From Neodothiora populina (Eukaryota), in the NCBI RefSeq assembly GCF_041146345.1, contig NW_027191406.1:1240001-1304000 (forward strand): 64,000 nucleotides of DNA. Reading direction: 5' to 3'. Under the pieces are notes generated by a model. It was not told where the DNA came from. It saw only the letters and a program-made list of their open reading frames with translations, and made no database searches. Both the position numbers and the translations under genes were made by a program. The first letter of the stretch is position 1. The number at the start of each line of letters is the position of its first letter. Positions 38,401 through 49,175 of this stretch are shown here, piece after piece.

Positions 38401-39486
38401 GATGTCGCGGCCCTGCTCGAGAGCGCCGACTCCAGCGTTGTGTGGGCCCGCGAGGAAGGGGTAGAACTCGGCGGGGATGTCCCTGAGACGGGTGTTGACG
38501 GTGGATGTGCGCTGTCCGACAATATCCTCGATGAGGCGGCGGGCGTAGTTTGCCGACACGGTGTCACCCTCGACCAGGACGTCGATTGTGGCATCCTCGT
38601 CGTCCTCGTCCACCGCCTCGTTCTCCTCGGGTCTGGGCACTTGTATCCGCGCACCGCTCTTCTCGCTCAATTGCTTGATCGTCGATCCCTGGCGACCGAT
38701 GATGTGTGCCCGTACTGATACGGGAACGGGAACCTTGATGGATTGTTTTGCTCCCAGCTCTTTGGCGGCCGCCTTGAGGGCGCTGCGGACAGGCTCCGGG
38801 CCCGAACCGGTCGCTTCGAGGGTCAGACCGCTGGCGGCCTCGATCATGGTGACCTTGGCCTTGATGCGCTTGTTGAGGTCGTTGATGATGGCCTTCCGCG
38901 GCTTCTTGAGTTCGTGGTTCTTGAGAAGCTCGTCTGCCTTCATGAAGTAGCGCTCGCTGTAGCGACCGGGCAGCTGGACGCCCGCCGAGGGAGCAGCCGA
39001 CGAAGGAGTGACGAAGCCAGAGTTGGGCGTGGCAGCGCGGGACGATGCATTGCTGAAGGCAGCAGGGGTTCCGTTGGCGGATCCATTGACACCGTTTGAC
39101 TTGGCCACGGCTGCGGGCTTCTTGCCCCACATGGATGCAGCGGCAGCTTGCGCAGGTCTGGCAGCTCCGAGGCTGGGGAAGGCGTCTTGCGAGTTGACAT
39201 TGAGAGCTGCGGGCTTTGGTTTCGTGGCGGTGGGAGCGGGCGTGTCTTCGGCAGGCTGCTTTCCTGCTGCCTTCTCCGACAAGGGTGCAGGTGTAGACTC
39301 GGGAGCCGAAGCCGGAGTCGAGGCATGCGTTGAGGAAAGCATTGAGGGAGGAGGGTGAGCAATATCTTCCTCGTCGACGACCTCCTCGACCGTGGGTTTG
39401 TGGTCCTCGGCGCCGTGCTTCTGCATCAGTTTCTGTGCCGCTGTGAGCTCCGAGGAGCCGTTTGCAATTGCTGGCTCAGCGGACAT
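35440..39486 (-). CDS. SCP160: Multi-KH-domain RNA-binding protein (Scp160/vigilin); exons 39486-36474, 36413-35440
   Basis: Many KH GxxG motifs (IIGRQGSTI, LIGRKGENI, LIGAKGSGV, LIGSGGREL, IIGGGG, LIGRGGDV, VVGPGGSEI); N-terminal SQDAFPSLG; 60-nt intron. Confidence 0.93.
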   Translation of the reverse strand: MSAEPAIANGSSELTAAQKLMQKHGAEDHKPTVEEVVDEEDIAHPPPSMLSSTHASTPASAPESTPAPLSEKAAGKQPAEDTPAPTATKPKPAALNVNSQDAFPSLGAARPAQAAAASMWGKKPAAVAKSNGVNGSANGTPAAFSNASSRAATPNSGFVTPSSAAPSAGVQLPGRYSERYFMKADELLKNHELKKPRKAIINDLNKRIKAKVTMIEAASGLTLEATGSGPEPVRSALKAAAKELGAKQSIKVPVPVSVRAHIIGRQGSTIKQLSEKSGARIQVPRPEENEAVDEDDEDATIDVLVEGDTVSANYARRLIEDIVGQRTSTVNTRLRDIPAEFYPFLAGPHNAGVGALEQGRDINVQIPHYHTWSAQPPPQANAPRQLPAFVPQTAFPINIAGDRAAAAEARAQIEQQVAQLKQQLAAEQLAIERGRHEFIRGEKGAALHDFLAETGCSVIFPPDSEDDEMILVVGPEDKLEEGVNKIMDLASSMSSHTVDFARSHPNAPGGAQAHAHAVTRYLQQRQAIQQLERTYDARIVPQGTAWQVYTRDGKNGIRARSDISNLVLGHPPSRLSPMHVDPFYHQHIRQNAGKKVREQFGVHLVVPEEYGDDDDILLVYEGPSDAADYELPRRQPSAQELQEFQRALKQAQEHLLSLIGAQQDIVSREVEAPVKFHDKIRRHVDRQQASLPNGQIPLQVLLGGPRGQPARKPTAPSVSVRGPTDRADDFVNELLAFIEQEKKDELERGFTLSFDFPQKFANQLIGRKGENIKKLREEFDVDIQVNDGKVELKGPEAKANACKSHILAMGKKLEDEKTYVLKVKPQYHRDLIGAKGSGVNRLQDRYNVRIQFPRSGNADDDDVSVAEGQTGRRSNQAADEVVVRGPSRGADQARDELLSLLQYVVDNSNEATVSVAQSQLPSLIGSGGRELDALRLKTGAQIDVPGARDAPSPSGRAEIKIKGSKKAVEEAKKEIEAAAKTFDSIVSRTLDVDRKHHRTIIGGGGKSFFSFLPIAYRILTTIFSGANIRDLVVKAGGPDDRQKLARMVRFPRAETEGNTIRVEATEDVANNIVAAIEKLVSDLESQTTEIVEIAPEKHSKLIGRGGDVRKKIESDFSVSLDIPRQSVTGPERSKVKISGLPGNVEKAKEHVLSLTKDQEGATVNVPIKYHHVIADNGQFFRRLRSDHKVTVDHAGQKPPPKPEQLSARKASSSMPLITDDATGGASDENVSWTLHDLFADALSGEIPWVLSGADADSVEKARARLEKALAEAEKTNATGYLILPDPKSYRLVVGPGGSEINRIRKQTGTKIQVPKQGEAQEAIEITGSKDGVLEAKDIILGIVGADGK

Positions 39487-40617
39487 GATGGGCGAGTCGA
39501 AGATGAATTGACCAGAGAACCGTGGAGAGAGAGACAAGGGGATGTAGAGGAGAGAGAGCGGGAGAGAGAGAGGGTAAGATGGCTTCCTGCGTCTAGAGAG
39601 ACAAATCAAGGGTCAGTCAAGTCAATCAAGTCAGTCACATGTCAGGGTCAGAGCTGAAGCATCTACAGGTTGCCCCGAGTCAAGCAACTAATCCAATCGG
39701 GTAGCAGCTAGATGCGAAAGGATACGTACGGGCAATCACAAATGCGCAAGCGTCAGGGAAAGAGCCAATGTGACGTCGAGGTGGTATTGGGGACGAAGAG
39801 GTAGCGGTGGAGAAGACGACGGGGAAGAGAGAGGTAGAGAGAGGATTGGAGAAGCGTCTGGAATGTGGCCGATTTAGAAAGGCACCATCAACAGAACAAG
39901 CGGGGGCTCTCTGTCTAGACAATACTATGTGTGGGTATATATATAGAAATAGGGAAATGAGAAATGAGGGTACAGGTACACGTACAAGAAGATGGAAGGA
40001 ACAGAGGTAGAGAGGACAACGGAGAGTTGGGGTCGGAAGGTACCAGAAAGGTATCGCTCTCGAAGGGCAAGGGAAAGCTTGCGATATCAAGGACAAGCCT
40101 GTGAAACACACAAGACAATTGAAGCAAATCCCAAGAAAGTTATTAGGGAACAAATGACAGAAAAGTGGAAGCTATGTCGCTGCTGCTGAGTGGAATGTGC
40201 TGCAGCTGCAGCTGCTACTAACTGTACCACTAATTGTCTCCACTCGTCGTACCATAATCTACCGTAGCCCGTACACCTTCATTACTGCTGCATTTATTGT
40301 AACTCTGGCCCAGATGCACCTGCTAAGACAATCCCCCACAATCACATCCTGAACTGACACGTGTTGACGAGATCCTGCTTACTGCTGAACACCATGTCAT
40401 GCACAGCTGAAGCTCTGGTCACGCCCTGCCAAATCATCTTCCCAGGGTCTGCACTGAGCATCTTGGGTATTCTAGACGTGACTCCAGCTTCGCCAATCCA
40501 TGATCAATTGTTACCACTACTAGCGCTGTATAGAGAACCATCACAACTGCCCATATTCCCAGATATCATGTAGCCCTGGGGTACAGAGAATCTCGTCTCA
40601 CACCGAAGTCCCTTTCA

Positions 40618-42335
40618 CTATACCTGTGATTCTGTCTTGCCCTCTTCGCCCTCATTGCCTTTTCTGTCCCGCCATATCATACCATAAAACATGACCACCC
40701 ACAGGACCGGACTCGCGCACGCCCACACGCCTGCAATCAGCACGCCTGTCCAGCCGAGTCCAATGGCTTCAATCAATGGCTTTGCCGCTGCAGTTGCGCC
40801 TGCGCCAAGCAAACACCTGAACAGATTGATCGCAGCCACTGCGGTCGCCGGTCGATGTCTGTTCAGATCCACAACAAGCACGTTCAGTGCCGTCGTGACA
40901 CCAGCGAACACGTTGCCACAGAAGAACAACAGCACTAGCGGTACTGCCAGAGGCGTCCGTTTGTCCATCGTCCATGCATATGCAATGACCAGAGCACAAC
41001 TGGCGTAGACGGCTGGGATCGCCACTTGTAATCGTGCTCGCTCAATGTCTCCAATCTTCTTCGGGTCAATCCTCTTTTGCCTTTCTGACTCGTACAGCTC
41101 TTCTTCTCCGGCTGCTGCGGCGGCGGCGCGCGCGTGGCGGCGAAAGTTGCGGTCTATGATGATCGATACCGTGATACGCGATGCCATTGCCCCTATTCCA
41201 ATCGGCAGAAAGCAAAGGCCGACTTGAAGCGAATCGAGTCCGTAACGTGCGGCGAGCTCGGTGGAGAGGGTACTGAGCACGGCGAAATAACCTGCGTAAT
41301 GGAGACCTGCATAGAGAAGAATCATAAAGCCTGCTCTATCATGAGCAACGCTAAGCGTCGCCAACGGATTTGCACGACGCGACCTGCCGGACGGCGTCTC
41401 TTTTGGCATTGCATCGACACGCGGTGGAATCCCCTTTCTCCGCTGTCTTCGTTGTTGCAGGTAAGATATAAGAGATATGCTGTATTTTGGTGGTGGGAGA
41501 GATCCATCACCGACCACCACTCGGCTTGTCTCGGGTAGGAAGATCAGCATGACCAACAGCATTGCCCCTGAAAATATGACAAGGAACCAGAATATGCTAT
41601 GCCAGCCAAGGTATCTGTCAAGCACACCACCGAGGATAGGTCCAATCGCAGGTCCAAGAGCAATTCCGAGACTGGCGTACCCGAGGTATTTTCCTCTGTC
41701 CGCTCTAGTCGACAGGTCGGCAACCACTGCGCTACCCAGTACAACGGTCCCACTACTACCTGAGCTCTGGAGACAGCGGAGTATTATAAGTGCGACATAA
41801 TTGCTCTGCAATGCAAGTCCGATGTTAGCGCCAAGGTACACAGCGAAGCAGATCAGATATGCAGGTCTCCGACCTCTGATATCCGAGAAGTTGGCGACTA
41901 GGGATGGCGCGAGGCCTTGGAAGATCTGGACAGTAGTGTGAGTAGATGTCAATATTCACAAAATCGATCTAGAAGTCTGACCAGGTATGTAGTTATCGTC
42001 AGATTGACCAGCGTGATCGAGACACTCAAGTCGGTAGCAATGCTGTCAAGAGCGGGATAATAGACGCTGGCTGACAACGGCGATATCAGTCCGATGAAAG
42101 ATACCATCAGTATCGTTGATATCTTGGCTCCCTCCGTAAATGCGGAATGTGGTCTTTGTGGTGCGTCGCCATCGTCAGAGTCCTTCACTGCTGACGCTTC
42201 GGGGGTCTTGCAGTGCTCCTGGTCTCTGGGATTACTTTGCAAGTCTAGTGAGAAACTTTCTCTATCGTTCTGAGTTGCGCTCGCTTTTTTGTGTGTCTCT
42301 GGTGTAGTGTCCGGGGGGGTGTCGATAGCGTTCAT
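40618..42335 (-). CDS. MFS transporter, DHA1 (Qdr/Aqr-like) family; exons 42335-41982, 41925-40618
   Basis: SPLSASVYYPAL, NLTITTYL|IFQGLAP, SDIRGRRP (motif A), LRCLQSSGSS, GPAIGPILGG, FLPET, IERARL; many hydrophobic helices. Confidence 0.92.
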
Positions 42336-42510
42336 GATGAATTTTCAACGTCTTCCGCCACTGCATGCTATGATCTGCAGTCATGGAATTGATAGACTTT
42401 GACCTCTCAGGCATCTGGCCTGTACTCTATATACTACAGGGATTGTTTATCCAAAATGCAACATGTGTTCCTGGTTGGCGTAGCAGATCCCACCAGAAGC
42501 CGACGCAGGG

Positions 42511-42532
42511 CCGGTTCAGGGCCGGTTCCGGC
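42511..42532. promoter_or_regulatory. Leu3-type everted CCG-N4-CGG site (GCCGGTTCCGGC, 42521-42532) plus adjacent near-copy (CCGGTTCAGG) in the MFS promoter
   Basis: Exact match to the known Leu3 consensus GCCGGNNCCGGC, about 190 bp upstream of the MFS ATG and about 90 bp upstream of a TATATA element (about 42428-42433). Confidence 0.55.
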
Positions 42533-42722
42533 TTCAACCCAGTACAGATGAAATTGCAGCCTAATCATTCTGGCGGAGGATCAGTAAGTTTGCGAATCGT
42601 ACGCTGCGTCCTCTTGAAGCAAGTACAGGCAGATGAAAGCTGCGAATTGTGTGGAAGATCGAAGTTTGTGGAGCGATATAGCCTGGCCACAGCCATGTGC
42701 GCAATAGAGGCTAGACAGTCAT

Positions 42723-44793
42723 TCATATGGAGAAGAAGTCGCCATTCATGGTCCAATCAAAGCTGGACAGTATGTCGTCTTCGAAGAGTACAGGTCCAAA
42801 TTGTCCGTCAGGATTCCCTGGTGTAGTGACCGGGGCATCATTGGTATGAGAAGAAGCATTTGCGGTATTCTCATCTGCTACAGGGATGATCAGCGTTGAG
42901 TCCATTCCAAGTATCGATGCGAACTTACCACCGTGGCTAGCCATCGTATATGGGTCCGATTGTTGCTTCGCTTGCTGCTCGTCGTGCAGGTCATACCATC
43001 TACATATGGTATCTAGCACAGGAGCTGCCCCTAATCGATTGTGAACTTTCAATGCTACATCTGCTGTCCCATCTGGACCTTTGAAGGCCAGGGGATCATT
43101 CCAAAGTTGTGTCAACAACAGCGCCGATTTGGCTGAGGTATCGTTATTATGCACAGACACTTTCTTCAGTAGCCGTAGGCCAAGGGATAAATGACTGGCA
43201 GCCCGCTCAAGGTCGACGTAACGATCACTCGGGGTTTTGATGATCCTTAGCAGATAATAAACGGCTCCGAGAAGCACGTAAGTGAGGTAGTTTGGAGGTG
43301 AAGGCGGCAATGTAGGAGTTTTGCACAACTCATCGATGAGAGTTATGGCCGCACAGGCAGTGTTGAGTAGCCTCGCGAGAGGTGAACCGAATGTGATATT
43401 GTGCTCCTTGTAGAACCAGAATGACTGGATATGGAGACGAGCTGCGCAAGTGTCAAGGCTAGTCATGGTGTGCACAGCGATATGGGAGTGAGCATCCTCG
43501 ACGGTAGCTCCTGACTCAATTTTAGCATCTCTTTCCAGGAGGTCAACTTGATCGGTGAAGGCCTGGATTAGGATGTCCATTGCTCTTCTCTGATCGAGAC
43601 TCATATTTTGCACTCCATTGCCTGCGATGGCAGTGACGAATTTTGAAACAATGTCTTGACACCTCAGTTGTAGTCTTAGTGTTGGATCCAGGAACCGTGA
43701 TTGCGACAACGAAACTATCTCATTCAAGTTGTTCGGCAGATGTCCTTTGCATGTACATGAGCTGCAAGGATTCAGTCAATGCGAAGAACTTTGCGTTTCC
43801 CCAACTCTTACCGTTGATAGACAAGGACGCAGAGCGCCCACAAGTTGGCTCTTTCAACATGCTCTGCTTCGGACAGTCGCAGACGCCTATCCCTCGCAAA
43901 ACCGAATTCATGACTCGATTTAGGCGTGTGCAGACCAGCCTGTTTCGCTTCATGCACAAGGAGCCCAGCAAGCACAAAAACGCTATCACGTTTGGTTGGT
44001 GCTCGGGCTGGCGACCAGGTCAAAATCAGAAGCTTGCCTTTAATGCTAAGTAGTGGATCAGGAGTGGTGGCCGGTGACAAGAAAGCTAGCTCGATGACGT
44101 CTTGAGAGAGGTCCATGTATAGATTTGGGTTCTTTGGGTAGACGCGCGCTGCAACAACGATGATGCTCCAGAAAAGAGATACGGAATCCGAGTAGCACTC
44201 ATTTGGATTGATCTTTGATTTCAGCACCGGCATTGACTTATGATAGTCCCGGAAGAAACTGTGGAGTGAGTGAGTCAAGTAGAAAACTTACAGACATATA
44301 AAAGGTTGACACACATGTGGAAAAGTTCATCGATTTCATATGAATGTACCAACACCCCGCTTAATTCGCGGTCGACGGTTGACCCACCATACCTGGCCTC
44401 CACGTGAAGCTCATTGCGAGACACGGGTGAGGGTGATTCTTCGAGTCGGGTTGGAAACATGGCAATAGCACTTGGAGCAGGAACAAGGCTAGGATAGGCT
44501 ATAGCCGTCGGCGCCTCCGGACTCACAAGTCGTTGAGATGGAAATGTGGCAGCCTCAAGAGATTGCGATGATCGTAGACGTTTTCTGAGAGTTTCTGCTT
44601 CAGTCTCAAGCTCGGAAAGTCTCTCACGTTTGTGTAGTCTTCTGAATGAGTCTGATATAACACAAGAGAGGTTGTTTCTGCGACATCGCGTGCATGGCCG
44701 ATCTGGGTATAAGTGGGCATCACATCTGGCTTTCTGCTGCCTACATTCAGTACAAGCCTTCTTGACAGGCTTTGCTGGACAATCGTCTTCCAT
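42723..44793 (-). CDS. Zn2Cys6 transcription factor, Leu3/LeuB-like; introns 44259-44314, 43762-43811 and probably 42878-42928
   Basis: KKACTECRQQKARCDAHLYPDRPCTRCRRNNLSC then FRRLHKR, closely resembling the Leu3 DNA-binding domain; middle-region LFWSIIVVAAR; acidic-aromatic C-terminus; introns join ORFs in frame. Confidence 0.85.
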
Positions 44794-45247
44794 GACCACA
44801 GATGGAATAGAGCTAGGCTGAGTTGTTGAAGGTGGCGCAGTAGTGCCCGCAGTATGATTGCTCAAGTATGCAGCTTTACGCCATACTCACTGTTCGTAAC
44901 CACGGTGCAGGACTTTTACGAGTCAACAATGAGTCTCATCACTTGGAAATGTGACTCACATAAGCTTGTTGATAGATGCCTGCAGAAAGCAAGACAATTG
45001 AGCTGGACTAAGGTATGTACAAGCGCCAAGCCTGGTAGTCCAAGGTTCCTTGCGGAGCGGTGGGAGGATAAGCGGGCAGCAGAGGCGGAGCGGAAGAGCG
45101 GAGGATCGGAGGTTTGTTGATTAGATGTAAACATGGCGCATTCAAACATGCGCTTTCTGGGCTTATTTCACCCACTACTCGAATTCATCGCGTTCACTAC
45201 GACCAATCTCCTGCGCTACGTCGTAGTAGTGTCCCGGTGCCTTCATA

Positions 45248-47920
45248 ATGGCATCAGTCGACGCCGGACTTCATCTGACATCTGCGCGACTTGCTACCTT
45301 CCAGAGCGAACATCGACTAGAAAAGAGACGCGCATCGAGCCAGAAGAAGAACAAGGGCCAAAACTCGCTGACATGGCCCCATGATGTACCTTCTCCCGAA
45401 GACGTAAGTGTGCCGAGACGAGAGGAAAGACATGTACACACGGACATAACAAAGACTGACTCTTTCCAAAGCTATCTCGCGCAGGGTTCTATTACAAGCC
45501 TCTAAGCGAGAGTAACGACAATGTTAACTGTTTTCTTTGTGAAGTCAAGCTTGGCGGATGGGAAGTGGGTGACATCCCTCTCGATGAACACTTGGCCCAC
45601 TCAAAGTCTTGCGGCTGGGCACTCAGCTTGTCGTGCTCGCGAGAGGGTGAAGACCGGGACCCGATGGGCGAAGAGATGGTTGAGGCGCGATCGGCGACGT
45701 ACGGCAACGTCTGGCCTCATGAGAAGAAGAAGGGGTGGAAACCAAAAGTGAAGAAGGTAACCAGCATATTCAGCGGGACAACTGTATTGAGACTCGGTTT
45801 GCTGACAGATTGCCCTCATCTAGATGGTTGAGGCAGGATGGTCATTCGATCCATATGATGGAGCAGAGGACGGTACGACATGCTTCTACTGCAACGTTTC
45901 GCTGGACGGGTGGGAACCCAAGGATAATCCATTGGAGGAGCACCGTCGTCGTGCACCCGATTGCACATTCTTCTCTCTCTCCGAACAGCACAAATCTACG
46001 AGGCCAAAGGCAAAGCGAGGACGCGCAAGTACCGCTTCCAAAGCTTCTCGTCTTTCCACTCAGTCTGTTCAGTCTACCTTTTCCGAGGCGCCCTCCTTGA
46101 TGTCACTGGGCGATGCCGCGAATCAGACCGACATGGATGAGAGTCTCACTGTCGACACAACCATCACATCGGATGCAGGAACCACGAAGGGCCGTAAGAA
46201 GACTACCAAAACCAAAAGTACCGCGAAGGGAAGGAAAAAGACGAAGGAAGAAGAGAGTGTTGAGCCCGTTGAAGATCCAGCGCCGGAACCTGCTCTGGAC
46301 GAGCCGCAGCCTGAGATTGAGCCAGAGATGATCCCACCTACGGATGTCGAACTAGAACGCGGACCGGGATCAGAACTGGATGCCACCGAGGAGCCGACCA
46401 AGCCTTCCAGAGGGCGCAAGCTTAAGCGTGGCGACGAGTCACACTTGGAGGAGGTTTCCGCTATGGAAGTTGATCCTCCAGCAAAGACCAAGAAGACAAG
46501 AGGCAAAGCAAAGAAGATCGCCGAGCCTGCCATTGAACCACCTACGGAGCCCAGTGAGGATGCAAGTCAGCTACAATCAGAATTGCAAGATAGCGCAACT
46601 TTCACCTCGGCACTGCAAAGTCCACCCGAGAAAACGCGAGGCACAAAGCGATCGAGTGACGGTGTCGAAAAGGCTCAAGACTTGGTCATTGAGGTTGTCG
46701 AAGAAGCACCGATCAAGGCCAAGAAGGCTGCCCGCGCGACTAAAGCAAAGAAGGGCAAGAAGGCAGCAAAAGAAGTCCAGGAAGACAGTGAGACTCTCAC
46801 CGCAGAGGTTGACAATACCGCCAACGAAAACATCGCTCCAGAGCAGGAGACCAAGCCGAAACGCGGCCGCAAGCCGAAGAAGGCTCAGGCAGAGGAACCT
46901 GAAAGTGCACGAGTAGTGGACGATCCTGCACAGGACATTGGGGTTGAGATCGAGCCCGAGACTACACCAGACATTGAACAACCAGTCGCACAAGTAACAG
47001 AGGAGGAGTCAACAGCGGAGGTCGGGTTGCTGGCGCCTACAGAAGCTGAGGCAGAGCTACATGAGCCCACAGTCGAAACAGAAATGACGCCGGTTCAGGA
47101 TGAAATAGAGGAGACAGGCGTATTCGAAACACCCCAAGACTCACAAGAGGCAGTTCCGACTCCTACGGAGGCAGAGTTCGAACCCACGCCTACTCCTCAA
47201 AAACCTCGTCGCTCGTCTCAACGATTAGCAGCACCACTTAGCTCCCGAGTACTTACCCCGCGAACAGCAACAGCGCAACGAGAGGTCGCTTTGCCTGCTT
47301 CAGCGAGTCCGCAAAGTGTGCAGTCATCGGGCGCCGAGAACCATCGACCATCATCAACTTCCACAAGAGGGCAAACAGGGACCGCCAAAAAGACATCTAC
47401 AAAAGCCACCGACATCGACGTTCCCGTCAAATCAGCCACCAAACCGACACAATCAGCACTCGAGCCTCGCGAATGGATGAGCCCGACCAAATCATCTCGG
47501 GTACCTCTCGCACAACCAGAGACCCCAAGCAACGCCCTCACGCGCTCCCCCAACCGCCTGCTCGCACGCTCCGCATCACCATCCAAAGGAACCCTCGGCC
47601 AGCTCACATCGACAACACCATGGACATCCGTCGACCTTGAGACGATTTTATTCCCCTCCCCAGAAAAAGACAACACGACCTCCATAGGCGCAAACGCCAT
47701 CGCAGACGGCGAAATGCTCGAAGACCGACTTTCCGAAGCAGCGGGTCTATTGACGTCCCCGGAGAAGAAAATGACTGTTGAGGAATGGATCCGCTGGAGA
47801 GCGGAGATGGGCGAGAGTAAGCTGAGAGGGGAGTGCGAGAGGGTCGTGGGGGTTTTTGAACGCGAAGGAGGTCGAGCCTTGGAGGTTCTAGTTGGGATGC
47901 AAACGAGTGCTTCGTCTTAG
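45248..47920 (+). CDS. BIR1: Bir1/survivin-like chromosomal passenger protein with two BIR domains; exons 45248-45403, 45472-45756, 45824-47920
   Basis: ARLATF...WPH, LSRAGFYY...CFLCEVKLGGWEVGDIPLDEHLAHSKSC, MVEAGW...CFYCNVSLDGWEPKDNPLEEHRRRAPDC; C-terminal EKKMTVEEWI...FEREG. Confidence 0.92.
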
Positions 47921-49175
47921 TGTCGTGAAGTGGTTCTCACGGTCCTTTGTTTTGCTCTCGTGTGACCAGGTGGTCTTCTTCTATTATCTTACTGCTTTGG
48001 AATGGCGTAATGGGGTTGGATCGAAGTGATGGACAAGCTTCGTATCTTACGACTGGCGTCTCTGGCTTGGTTTTTGGTTCTTGACAAGAATATGATTGTT
48101 CCTTCCTTTCCATCGCCGCGTTTCTCGCATGCCGATTCTTGTTTTGCACCGGTGTCGAATACCCATCGGTCAAGTAGGTAACGCGCTCACCAAACGAGAA
48201 TTCGACATCTCCTTCAGAAGTGATCTCACCTCAAATTAGATGAGAATGCGGCCTATCAATACACCAACTCCATAAGAACATCCCACGAAGAGCGCAGATG
48301 GGTGCACACACCCCCCTCTGATACCAAGACCTGGCCCAAAGAATACGTATCAGGTGAAGTAGGGCTTCCTGGAAGCGGTAGCGAGGGGACTGACCCTGTC
48401 CATAATCCATAGTGCGTCTGGCGCTACCTAAGGTACTCAACCACACTTGGTCGTTGATACCTATTTCTGCCCACACTTCGACTCTTAAGGGCCAAGAGAT
48501 ACGGAGATGGGCCGTGCCTGCTCTTCTTATCATTGGGTTGTTATCACACTTTGCATTCATGCTGAGAGATGATTTGCACCGGCGTTGTACCTCGGAGAGG
48601 AGTTTTACGCAGGTCTGTTTCTCTTTGTTCTTGTCCATCTGCCAAGTTGCCACTATTACATGTCATCGCCCGGGCAGTCTGGGATGGACCGTATGTTCAA
48701 TATCGAGAGATCTCTCCGAGTCGAGAAGCGCAAGATCCGATACGCAATAAGTAACGGCTTTCACACTAGGCAATGAGTACAAGTCATCGTGAAATCGATC
48801 ACCTCGAGAGGGCGACGAGTGTCTGTCATTAATCTATAGTCTAAGCAAATTAAAGAAGAAAAACATACGTAAGAAAAGAGAAAAGAGAGCGCTGTTGTAT
48901 GATACAGCATTGCACAAACTTTAGTGCATGCGTGTGTGCGCTTTTTGCACGCATGGGGGTATAGTTCTGCCAATAGTAACGCCGGGAAGGTTCATCCAAT
49001 TGTGGTGAAGAAATGATGCGATGAAACCAAAAAAAGAAAGGAAAAGAAATGGAAGCAAACGCTATGGTGCCTTATCGAGCGAGATCACTGAATCAGAAGA
49101 AGCCAAAGTCCACCGGAGTGTAGGGAATGATTCGTGAATGGAATAAAAGGAGAGGTGAAGCGTCGACATACTTCT

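Noticed and set aside
35516..39657. Many long overlapping and antisense ORFs in SCP160 (e.g. 36429-37484, 37003-37806)
   Set aside because: Expected shadows of a GC3-rich, codon-biased gene; no independent motifs.
33273..44793. ECM31 as part of a leucine/ketoisovalerate cluster with the Leu3-like factor
   Set aside because: Separated by SCP160 and no CCG-N4-CGG site was seen upstream of ECM31; proximity is probably incidental.
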